Source: Scyliorhinus canicula (lineage: Eukaryota). Taken from it: a stretch of 64,000 nt of DNA. The translations under genes were made by a program, and so were the position numbers. The stretch covers positions 124,001-188,000 of the forward strand of contig NW_024055445.1 of assembly GCF_902713615.1 (NCBI RefSeq). Direction: 5' to 3'. Positions 24,441 through 35,800 of the stretch are shown one piece after another. Positions within the stretch are counted from its first letter, which is position 1. Every line of letters begins with the position of its first letter. The notes below the pieces were generated by a model. The model made no database searches, was not told where the DNA came from, and saw only the letters and a list, made by a program, of their open reading frames with translations.

Positions 24441-27400
24441 GTAAGAACCTTTCAATTATTTATGAACTGTTTTACTTCAGTCTTTGTTTTATTTAGTTTT
24501 TTCTATTTTAAGTATGCATCCGTTCACTGAATTGCGGGTTTGCTGGATTCTGTATTGAGATTTTGTTGTAATGTTTCATGTGATTCTGCTGAAAAAGGAA
24601 TTATTCTGCCTCTTGACAAACGGTTCTGCTGAGGGATTCAGTGCCGGGTTGTTATGATTTAGTGTTTATTTGCTGAGGATACTGTGTGGCTGGGTACTTT
24701 AAATACCTAACGCCTGTTAAACAGTTTGGTACTTCTGCAATGTTTAATCTCGGCGACATCTGAGCAGGTTTTACCATCTCCTGCACAAGTGTTAGAAATC
24801 TAACCCAATACTCACAAAATATGCTGAAGTATCTGTGTCAATTTATTGAACACTTCCCGCTTATTGACAATGCTGATGATCTTCTTCCATATTTCTGTGT
24901 TTTAATTGTTCATTCACTTGCTGAAAGGCGGATTTGGTGGGTAGAATTTTCTTGAAATGCTGTTTGATTCTGTTGAAAGTGTTTGTAGAATCGAGCTGGT
25001 TCTCCATGAGACCGATTTCAGCCCCTCGGTGATGTAATTTGCTGTATTTCTGCTGAAGAGTTTGTGGCTGGTTGATTTTGAATGAGTAAAATTTGTGAAA
25101 CGGTTCTGGCGTTTCTATATTCTTTAAACTCGATGATACTCGATGATTTCATTTTTGTAATTGAATGAAAACAAGAAACGTATTTGAAACTGCTTGGTAC
25201 ACGATTGTGGGTGGAAAACAGTCATGATTTTATAGTGTTTTTTAAAAGTGATGATTGCAGATTAAATTAAGCCACAGTTTATAATGCTCTTTCCGAACAT
25301 AATTTGTTACTGCAATGACATCCTGGCTTTTCTGCAATGTTCCATCTTGGTGGGGTTGATGGATGCAGCTTTTATCTCTCCTTCCAACTGTTTAAATGCG
25401 TTTGAAATACGGTCCAACCTGTATAGAATGTGGTAAAGTTTTTAAAATATTTTGGACATACCCCACATCCTGACAACGATATTACTGTTATTCTGTATTT
25501 CTATTTAGTTTGATAATTCATACATTTGACGGCGAACTGGTTCGCTGGATTCGATATTCAGATGTTTTTGAAATGTTACGTTTCACACTGTTGAATGTAG
25601 AATTTAGCTGTTTCTCAATGAAACGAGTTCAGTCCTTACGTTGAGTTTTGGTGTTTTCCTGCTGAGGAGATAGTGTGTCTGGGTGACTTTGAATAAGTAC
25701 AATTTGTGAAGCGGTTTTCTGTTTCTCCGTTGTTTCTGCATTGTTCAAACTGGGTGACATTGAGCAGTTACACGTTTTCTGGTTTAATGTCGAAAGATTT
25801 GCGCGTTTGAATCTCCTTGAAACACAATTGTAGGGAGTAAACGCGGCAGGTTTCGAAAATAAAGAAAGCAATTAAAGATTTGATAGACATATTTAAATTT
25901 TACGTGATGATTACTGATTAAACTAAACCATGGCGTCATTAAGAATGCAATTTGTTACTGCAATCTGAAACTGTTTAATTAAAACGTTTTCAAATTAGTG
26001 AGTAAAATTAATATAACTTAAACAATTATAATGCTGTGTTATAACCACATTATCCAAATATATTTTCATATTAATATCATTAATCATCAATCGCCTTTCA
26101 CAATTCTGCTCTGCTCTGCACTCCATCAGCATGACCAGAAAAGTTTCTAAACTGGAAATATTTTCTGATTATTTATGAAACTGTTTTAATAATAATATAC
26201 TGATTCTACAGCACTGTTCAGTTGCACAATATATATTTGAATTATTTTTTTATTTCTCTGATTACGTTTGCAGTTACTTAAGTAGGAGTTTTATATTGCA
26301 GTTTGGCAATTTATGTATCCGGTTATTATATTACTTATGTGCAGCAGCTCGTATATTATCTCTTCAGCGTCATTTGTAGTTGTCTCTGATATAATCATAA
26401 AGAGTTTTGTCAGAGGTGGAAGTCGCTGACAGTGAAGGAATTGTTCTTATGATTTTATCTAAATTGTAGGAATGTTCATACTGCTCATTGCTGGAGACAC
26501 AGTAAAAGCTTGAAATTCAAAGATATTAATTTAATTACAAAAGGAGAATATTAGCTTTGCAAAAAATAATAACATCCTGTCTCGCAGAGCTGTGCTGTGC
26601 ATAATATAACATTATAGAAATAAAACAAGTTATACAATAGAAGAATAGATTATATCTGAGCCTCAAGCTTATTTCTTATTAAATCATAAATTGAACAAGA
26701 ACATTTCTGCATCATTTTCTGATTATGTTTCAGTGCTGTAGAGGATCTGACTGAGTTGTTTTCATTAAGTGTTGCACTGATTAATTTGGATCTCCTTTCT
26801 TTAAGCAATATTTTCAAGAATAAAGTTAATCGAATTGCCTGAATGATTAAATCTCGAAACACTTTTATTGGTCACAAACTACCAAGGACTTTATTGTTAG
26901 AGATATAGTTTCGAGTTACAATAGTTTATCAATTCGGGAGTACCGCTTTAACAAACTGATGAGATATTGCACATGTCTGAATTATTCCATCCGATAATTT
27001 GAAGTTTAATATTTAATTAAATCCAAACTATTTATCAAATTTCAGACAGGAGCAGGTTTTGAATTACAGAGAACCATGTTTTATTATTTATATTATAGAG
27101 TACAAATCAGCTGACAGGTCAACTAATTGACAATTGGCAATGTGACATTAGTACTAACTAATTCAACATAAATTAACCCTACAATTGAGTAGTACACTGG
27201 CGTGCGATATCAAAGCTATTAGAGAATGTTTAATTGTACTGAAAATAATTTACAAAACAATACATTTATTTACTCAGGTTGAAGAGTCGACCCGCCTCGA
27301 TTGTTTTGTTGATTATATTTAATTAGAAAATTGGATCAAATCAGGTCATCAGTTTCCAATGTGAATGTTTCCTGGTTTGTTTATTTCTTAGCAAACACTG

Positions 27401-27659
27401 GATCTTTGTCACGGACATTAAACTCCCCTCAATCTGTTATATTTAATGTGATCATTCTCCGTGATAATACATTGTGCCCAGTTCAGACAGACAGGAGAAA
27501 TAGCTGAAAGGCGAAGGGAGTTTTGAAATTAATATCAGTTTCATTTCAAAAAGGTTATTGAATTGTTATTGTCGTAAGTTGACCATTTATCAATTAGAAT
27601 CGAGCAGTTTGAATGATTCGTTCCCCTGTGTTTCAGAGTGAAATTTGACAGACTAAATA

Positions 27660-29520
27660 CTCTCTCATGCGCACAGTGTCTCTCCCTCACACACTCCCTC
27701 TCTCCCACAAACCCAGACTATTCCTCAAACACACAGACACTCTCTCACAGACACTCTCACACACACAATAGCTCTTCAAAAACACACAGTCTCTCGCACA
27801 CACACACTCGGGCACACACACGTACTGCCTCACACACTCAGTTTCTTACATACTCACTGTCTCCAACTTTATCTCGCTCCAAATCTCCCTCACACACCAA
27901 CAGACTGTCACTCGCTCTCTCACAGGCACAGGCACATTATTCCTCTCTCTCTTTCACAGGCAATCTCCCTCGCACACTCTCTCACACACTCTCTCTTACA
28001 AGTTTTACCAATCTCACTCACATACACAATCATTCGCAGACACACACTCGCACACATGCACTCTCGCACACGTTATCTCTTGCGCACACACTCGTTCACA
28101 CACATGCTCTGTCACAGACATCTCTCACACATCCGCTCTCTCACACACACACTCTCTTATGCATACGCTCTCTCTCACACTCTCTCTGACATGCATCGTC
28201 TCTCGCTCGCACGTTCTCTCATGCTCTCTCACACACATGCTCTCACACACACACCCTCTCACACACACGCTCTCTCACACACACGGCCTCTCTCACACAC
28301 ATGCTGACTGGTTTAGCTCACCAGGCTAAATCGCTGGCTTTTAAAGCAGACCAAGCAGGCCAGCAGCACGGTTCGATTCTCGGACAGGCGCCGGAATGTG
28401 GCTACTACGGGCTTTTCACAGTAACTTCATTGAAGTCTACTCGTGACAATAAACGATTTTCATTTCATTTCTCTTGTACTCCTGCTCTCTCACACACATA
28501 TATCCTCTCTTTCATACATACTCTCTTATGCACATGCGCTCTGATACTCACTCTCTCCGCACGCAATCGCTCACTCGCTTACACTCATGTTCGCTGATGC
28601 ACATGCTCTCTAGAGCACATGCTTTCACACACACTTGCTCTGTTGCATACATGCTCTCTCACACACATGTACTCTCCCACACCTGCTTTCTCACACACAC
28701 GCTCTCTCACACACATATCACTCGTACTCACGCTATCTTGCACACACGCTCCCCCACACACATGCCCTCTCACTCACACGCTCTCTCGTACACTCACTCT
28801 CACACACTCATGCTCTCACCAACACACGCTCTCTCACACACACGCTCTCTCATTCTCTCTTGCACACTCACTCACACTCAAGCTCTCTCATTCTCGCTTG
28901 CACACACGCTCTCTCACACACATGCTCTCTCGCACACATGCTCTCACACACGTTCTCTTGTACACATGGTGTCTCGTGCTCTCACAAACATGCTCTCTCA
29001 CACACATGCTCTCTCACACATGCTCTCTCATACTCATGCTCTCTTGCACGTGTGCTCTCTTGCACACATGTTCTCTTTCACACATACTGTCTCGTGCTCA
29101 CGTTCTCTCACACGTACACTCTCTCACCCACATGCTCTCACAAACATGATGTCTGGCACACATGCTCTCTCACACATATGCTGTCTCACTCGCATGCTTT
29201 GGTGCATACATGCTCTCTCACACACAGTTTTGCGCATACAGTCTCTCTCCTGTGGACACTATTTTGCTCCCTCACACACACACATCCTCTCGCTCGCACA
29301 AATACACACAATGACGCTCTCACACACAGATATTCTTTGACACACAGAGATACTCTCTCTCACACACACACCCACATGCATACTCTCTCTCCCACTCTCT
29401 TCATCCATCTCTCGCACGAATGCAGACACATACATATGCACAGACACACGCTCTCAGACACATACCCACACTCTCCCTCTCACACACACGCACACGCAGA
29501 CACACACACATTGTCAGAAA
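27660..29520. repeat. Degenerate (CA)n/(CT)n low-complexity tract with a SINE at ~28307-28470
   Basis: Runs such as CACACATGCTCTCTCACACAC; the source of spurious His/Thr/Ser ORFs. Confidence 0.9.
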
Positions 29521-29559
29521 CACAGATGAGAGCGACTGAATCTAACATCAATAATAAAC

Positions 29560-29870
29560 ATAATAATCTTTACTATTGTCACAAGTGGGCTCACATTAAC
29601 ACTTCAATGAAGGTCCTGTGAAAATCCCCTACACGCCACACTCTGGCGCCTGTTCGGATACACAGAGGAATAATTCAGAATATCCAAACCACCTAACAGG
29701 ACGTTTTTCAGGACTTGAGGGAGGAATCCGGAACACCTGGAGGAAACCCACGTAGACACGGGGAGAACCTGCAGACTCCACACAGGCAATGACCCAAGTG
29801 GGAATGGAATCCGGATCCCTGGTGCTGTGAAGCGACAGTGCTAACCACTGTGCTACAGTGCCGCCAAATC
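29560..29870 (-). mobile_element. tRNA-derived SINE
   Basis: Reverse-strand head GACAGTGCTAACCACTGTGCTACAGTGCCGCC and V-SINE body. Confidence 0.75.
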
Positions 29871-30316
29871 ACGGCATCATTTAAACGTGTGACCTTAAGG
29901 AGCCCAACCAAAGAATGAATGGATGGGAATCAGGAGAACAATCTCTGCTGGTTGGAGTCATACCTAGCACCAAGGTAGATGGATTCCATTGCTGGAGGCT
30001 AATCATCTCAATTCCAGGACATCACTGCGAGACTTCTTCAGGGCAGTGTCCTCGGACAAACCATCTTCAGCTTATTCATCAATGACCTTTTCATCATAAT
30101 GTCTGAACTGGGATTGTTCTCAGATGATTGCACCAAGTTCAGCACAATTTTCAACTGTGCAGTCACTGAATAAATCTATGTGTAAATAAAGCAACATGGA
30201 GACTACATCAGGTTCTGGCTGACAAGTGGTAAGTAACAGTCAAGTCACCCAATTGAAGGCAATGCCCATCTCCAGTAAGAACGGATCTAACCACCGCCCC
30301 TTGACATTCAATGGCA

Positions 30317-31265
30317 TGTTGCACGTTTTACTATGGGCGTAAAACGCGTTTATTGGAGTGTATTAACACGCCTCCGAGTTCGACGTGTGCTTAACACTGC
30401 TAGGCTCTGTTCTATGTAATTATTTAGCTCTGGAGTCGCCAGTTGCCGTATAGGCAACGTCACAAGTATTCCAAGGTCAAGTTCAAAGTAATAAAGACGA
30501 TACACCGATTAGTAAAGTTCAAACGATCAATATTTATTATACAGTTATAATAAATACTCATGCACACACTAAGAGACTAAGCTATAACTAAACTTAAGCA
30601 AACAGAATACTTATCTAACAGGAACAGGCAAGGTCAGAGAACGAGGCCTTCGTCCTGGTCTGGCACTGCAGCCTTCAGCAAGCGTTCTGGTACTTGGGAG
30701 TCTAGTGGGCTTGGATCGCGTAGCGAGCGTTGAACTTACGGTTTCGGCGGCTGGTGCTCAACGGCTGGGGTCAGGATGCAAGATGTCAGTCAGAGCCGGA
30801 GCACGGGTTTAACAGACCGGACAACACGAGGTCCCTATCTTTTATAGGGGTTCCATTGTCCTTCCCTCTTCTCGGGCGGGCTCTACCTATTGGATCAATT
30901 TCTTATCGATACTGGATTAATTCCCCAATGCGAGGGGGTCTCCGTGATGGAGGGGGCGTTTCTTATGTCCTTTTGTTTGGAGGTTTCTGGTGCCTCGATG
31001 TCTGGGTCTTGATTAGAATGTGTCCATTCAGAACCAAATGTATCTATTGTGTGGGTGTTCAAGTCTGATGGCCTCATTAGCATGCAAAGTGTTTTGCCAT
31101 TTGCACCTAGCTAAGGTCTTTTCACCTGAGCCCAAACTGGTTTCTGCTGCTGCAGAATGCAAACTGCTCTTTGCAGACTGCTGTTCTGGCTAAACTGTCT
31201 GTTTCCCAGCAGTCTTCTATTTTAGTTTGGCTCAGTGTCCATTTTGCGTGGCCAGCATGGCTACA
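30317..31265 (-). repeat. 3' LTR
   Basis: Identical by eye to 39180-40128 except 30769 G vs 39632 A and 30982 G vs 39845 A; minus-strand CCAAT and TATAAAA boxes. Confidence 0.97.
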
Positions 31266-31280
31266 TTCCCTCCTTGTGAT
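31266..31280 (-). promoter_or_regulatory. Polypurine tract
   Basis: Minus strand ...CAAGGAGGGAA directly precedes the TG of the 3' LTR. Confidence 0.75.
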
Positions 31281-31594
31281 CCTCACAATCATACTATTGT
31301 GAAGGATCACCTATGTACTTTGCCTTCCTTGTGTTCTGACCTCTTGCCAGTTCCTGTTCTACTCTGTTCTAAACTATGGGAAGAAGAGAAAAAAATTTTT
31401 AACTAACATTTCTACTTGGCCCTATGTCAAAAGGACATGCATTACTACAACTGGGAACCTCTACCTATCACTATTAACCTTAACCTTAACTTAAACATTT
31501 AATCACTCTAAACCTTAACCATTCACACCACAACATCACACTTCCCAACTCGGCAGTCGAGTATGGAACAATATAATACATGGCTGAATTTTAT

Positions 31595-31948
31595 TTACAG
31601 AGTGTTGTAATCAGTGAGGGGTTGAGGGGTTTGGTGGAATCCGAAGATGGGGGATTGCACTCTATAGATGGGTGAGGTGCTGGAACGAGAGGCTCTCCTC
31701 TTCCATTTCCTCAACCTGAGGGTCTGCACTAGGACGATGAGGATCGCGATCACCAACAGTGATTCGATTATGTAGGACATGGAGTACCACGTCATGAATT
31801 TAGTACACCAGGTCTGAACCTCGCTGATCAGAGCTGAGCACTGGGGGTTTGTTGTACTAACATTTACGGTGGGGGTTGTGGGGGAAACGTGTCTTGTTTC
31901 CACACATATACATATGACATTAAACAGTAATAAGTGGGCTTCCATCAT
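31595..31948 (-). CDS. 117-aa predicted single-pass membrane protein in the env position
   Basis: Tandem ATGs in good Kozak context; hydrophobic N-terminus MMEAHLLLFNVICICV, NVS sequon, C-x10-C, TM YIIESLLVIAILIVLVQTL, polybasic RLRKWKRR. The frame is open further upstream to TTG 32041. Confidence 0.6.
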   Translation of the reverse strand: MMEAHLLLFNVICICVETRHVSPTTPTVNVSTTNPQCSALISEVQTWCTKFMTWYSMSYIIESLLVIAILIVLVQTLRLRKWKRRASRSSTSPIYRVQSPIFGFHQTPQPLTDYNTL

Positions 31949-32884
31949 TTTGCTGTTCTTCTTCTTTCTCTTCCTTCTTCCTCCGGTATTGACAATCCTG
32001 GCTTCGACCTCTGTCTCGTCCTTTGAAACCTTTGGGATCAAGCACAGTATCTGTCAATACACAGTTTAAGACCTTTACTTGTTAGTGCATCTGTCTTTCA
32101 AATCCCAATTGACCCTTTAAAATGACTGGCTAAGTCACACCCTGTGACTCCCCTCATTTTTTTTTTCAAAAAGCGAATTTAAAGACCAGCATACACCTAA
32201 CAATCCTTCCTTCTGCGAGCCGTCTCGCAGGCTTTGCTGATTTACCATCCGAATGTTCCCGGATGTAAATAGCATGTGGGATGGTGGCCGAAGGGCTACC
32301 TAACGTAAAATGAAAACAAACTTGGAAACAAACATCCGAATGAGTTGCGTATGGGCCGCGACGGGTATGAGTTGGATGGGATCCCCGGGTAGGGCGTGCT
32401 GTGCCATACCCGAGCTTGGCTGACCAAGGGTTGGTTCTCAGACAGGGCGGGTCCTCAGTGCCGTTTGTCCACTGCCTGAGTAACCTGGAAAAAACGGGTA
32501 CGAATGTGTTTACCATGACTTGCAGCCTCTATTTCGCCGAATAGAGGGGCACCTAAAAAACCAAGGGAGCCAAGATGCTCCAACTGAGGACATCACTGAA
32601 GTTCTCAGAGATATCTGCGGACAAGCTATTTGGCGTGTGGCCTTACAACTTTGGAAAAGATCTCCAATCAAACCGAAGTTCTCAAAAGTTTCGGCAGACA
32701 AGCTAACGTGTATGTGAGGTGGTCACAATCTTTTCAGCTGAAAAGAAGATGTCCATCCTCCAGCTGAACAATTTACATTCCTGAAAACAAACAAACATGA
32801 AACGAAGACAAACATACGTGCAGGTTCCATCAGAAAGGACATCGTTTCCCTCAAACGATTCCTATCTTACATCATCTGGACACC

Positions 32885-35800
32885 TCACTTTGATTCTGCC
32901 TCTGTGAACAGGGTCACAAAGGGGTTGCCGTGTCGGGAGTCAGACACCGTGTCGTCCTGCTCTCCCGGATCCCACACCCTTGTGTGGATCAGGCATGCTA
33001 TTTTGGAATTGTGTGACCGGGGGTCACTCTCGTCATTGCGGACAAGTCTGTAGGAATTGTCCCTGTGCCATTGTGTAGCGTCGAGTGTGTTGTCGGGGTA
33101 GTCGGGGTCGGGTGGTGGTTCTGGATATTTGAGGTAGGTGACTTCCATGGGGTCACTGGAGTCGGAGTCGTAGTTGGTGCAGTGTGGGCTGTATGGCTGT
33201 GTGGTGTCGCTGTCTTCAGAGTCAGTGTCAGTCCTGCTGTCTCTGCTGTGGCAGCTTGTGGGCGTGTCGGGGCGTGGTCTGTAGTGGTCTGTGGGCGGAG
33301 TCGTGGGCGAGTCCGTTGATGAACTGGTCTGTGAGGGGGATGGTGGAAAAGTGTCTCTGGTGGGCGGGGTGAAGTGTTCTGCTGCATCCAGCAGGACATG
33401 GTGAGCATGGTTGGCCTGTGTTCCATATGCCTTTAACTGGTTTATATGGAACCACGCGGTCTTCCCATTAGGATACTTTATCCTGTAAACGGAGGGGCTA
33501 ATTTTGTCCGAAATTGAGTAGGGACCGGAATATTTTGGAGCCAAAAAACTGCTGGGGTTATAAACAGATAACATTACCTGTTGCCCAACCTGGAATTCTG
33601 TGGTGTGTACGGTCTTATTGAAACAGGCAGTACGTTGCTGTCGGCGTTTCCCTAGCTGGACTGCGGCTGCGAGCTGTGCAGACCTCACAGTCTCAACTAG
33701 ATCTTTAACTGCCTTTTCATGTGTGAGGGCCGTCAATTCGGGGCTTGTCATGTCCAGTCCTAAAAGGAATTCTGTACCTTTCATAGGGCGTCCGGTCATG
33801 AGTGTGTGTGGTGTGTATCCTGTCGATGTGGAGACAGTGTTCCTTATGAACATAAGTGCAAATGGGAGCACTGAATCCCATGTGGAATTATTCTCTTGGA
33901 CCATTTTCCTGAGGGTAGTTTTTAGGGTCCGATTCATGCGCTCCACAATCCCGCTGGACTGTGGATGATACGCAATGTGGAAGTTCTGTTTGATTCCGAA
34001 TATTGTCAGGACGTTCCTCATGACCCGTCCTGTAAAGTGAGATCCCTGGTCCGAATCGATACTTCGGGGTAAACCCCATCTCGTGAAGATGTGGTGGGTC
34101 AGGATCTTTGCAGCTGTCTTTGCTGTATTTGTTCGTGAGGGAAATGCCTCTACCCACTTGGTAAAGGTATCTATCACCACCAGAACGTATTTATAGCCAT
34201 TCCTACAAGGGGGCAATGGACCTATAAAGTCGATCTGGAGGTTTGTCCAAGGGCCGTTAACTGGGCGAGTATGCCGAAGTTGTGCTTTCTTAGAATACCT
34301 CTCCGGGTTATTCTGAGCACAAATCAGGCAATTCTCTATGTAGTGCGTTACATCATTCCTGAGATTAGGCCACCAACAGAGTTGCCTGAGGTGCCTCGTT
34401 GTTGCATCAATTCCCTGATGCCCGTGTCCGTCATGGAACAAGGCAATCATCTGATTCCTGTCCTGCTGTGGGACCACATAAAGTTGGTCCTTAATGATCA
34501 CACCCTCATGTGTGGTCAGTGCGTGTTTAAAGTGCTCGTAAGCAGGCACAAAGTTTCCCTTGAAAACCTCCCTGAGGTCTCCGTCCTGTTTCTGTGCTGC
34601 CACGAGATCTTTAATATCAGTCTGTGAGACTTGGACTGCGCTCACAGGGGCGCTAGCTGGTGCGCTAGCAGGGGGGGTCCATAAGTGTCCTCTCCTGGAA
34701 CCTGCCTTAGCCAACGCGTCGGCCTTTACATTCCCAGGGGGTGATGACCTATGGTGGCTTCTTACTTTTATTATGCCGAAGGTCCTGTCCTTCGCTTTCT
34801 CTAGGATATGCTGGAGTAAGGGGGCTGATGGAAGGGGTTTTCCGTCTGCGGAGACAAAACCTCGTGTCCTCCACAGGGGCAGAAAATCTGTTAGGCTATT
34901 GCATACATATAAGCTGTCTGAATATATGTCTGCTGGGCTGGGGAAAGAATCGGGGTGGTCCACTATGTACGCTATGGCTGCTAGCTCTGCTGCCTGCGCG
35001 CCTAAGTGACCTGGTAACTTAAGAGCTATCTCTTCGAGAGCGCGCCCCTGCGCGTCCTCTACATAGATGCCGCATCCTGTGATACGCTCACCATTTAAAA
35101 CTGTGGAGGAACCGTCTACATAAATCCTCAAGGGTCCACACGTGTCTGTGGGCTGGGGGCTTTGTTTCGGGTTCCCTATCTTCCTGGGGGGTGTTTTTGC
35201 TAAAAAGGGTCCTGTGTTATGCAGGGGAGCTACAATTTCACAGTCATGGGGTTGTCCGGGGTATTGGAGGTTGTCTGCTAAGTATGTGTGGGTGCGTGTC
35301 CGTTTTACAGTAATGTCCCGTCCTTGTAAAAGTAGGGTCCACCTAGCTGCCCTAATCTGGCTAACTGAACCGCCCTTCAGTCGACCGTCTAGTAGTAGCT
35401 GTGTGGGTGTGTGTTCGGTTAGAATGGTGATGGGGTTTAGTCCGGTGATGTATGAGAAATACTGCACTGCCCAGAAGACAGCAAGGAGGTGCCTCTCACA
35501 GGCTGAAAATCCTTGTTCTACCGGGTCTAACAGTCGGGAGGCATAAGCCACTGGTCTTAGCTGCTCGTGCCGTTCTTGAAGCAACACGGCCGAGAGGGTT
35601 AGATCTGTGCTAGCTACCTCGATTGCGTACGGTGAAAGTTGGTCGGGGACTAGCAGCGCGGGTGCTGCACTAAGGGCTCGTTTCAACTCTTCCACAGCGC
35701 CTGTATGCTGCGGAAGCCATTCCCAGGGGGCTCCTTTCTTAAGGAGGTCTGAAAGTGGGGCGGCTTTTGTCGCGAATCCGTCGATGTGGTTCCGACAATA

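Noticed and set aside
27638-29621. Long His/Thr/Leu-rich ORFs (176-328 aa)
   Set aside because: Translation of (CA)/(CT) low-complexity DNA, open in several frames.
30730-31083. ORFs inside the LTRs (also 39593-39946)
   Set aside because: Non-ATG or short, no motifs, overlap promoter elements; they are duplicated only because the LTR is.
31472-31520. Telomere-like (TTAAGG)n run in the element's 3' UTR
   Set aside because: Only about three units and not TTAGGG.
32166-32516. 116-aa sense-strand ORF after pol as an accessory gene
   Set aside because: No recognisable composition or domain and it crosses a candidate splice acceptor; cannot be supported without copy comparison.
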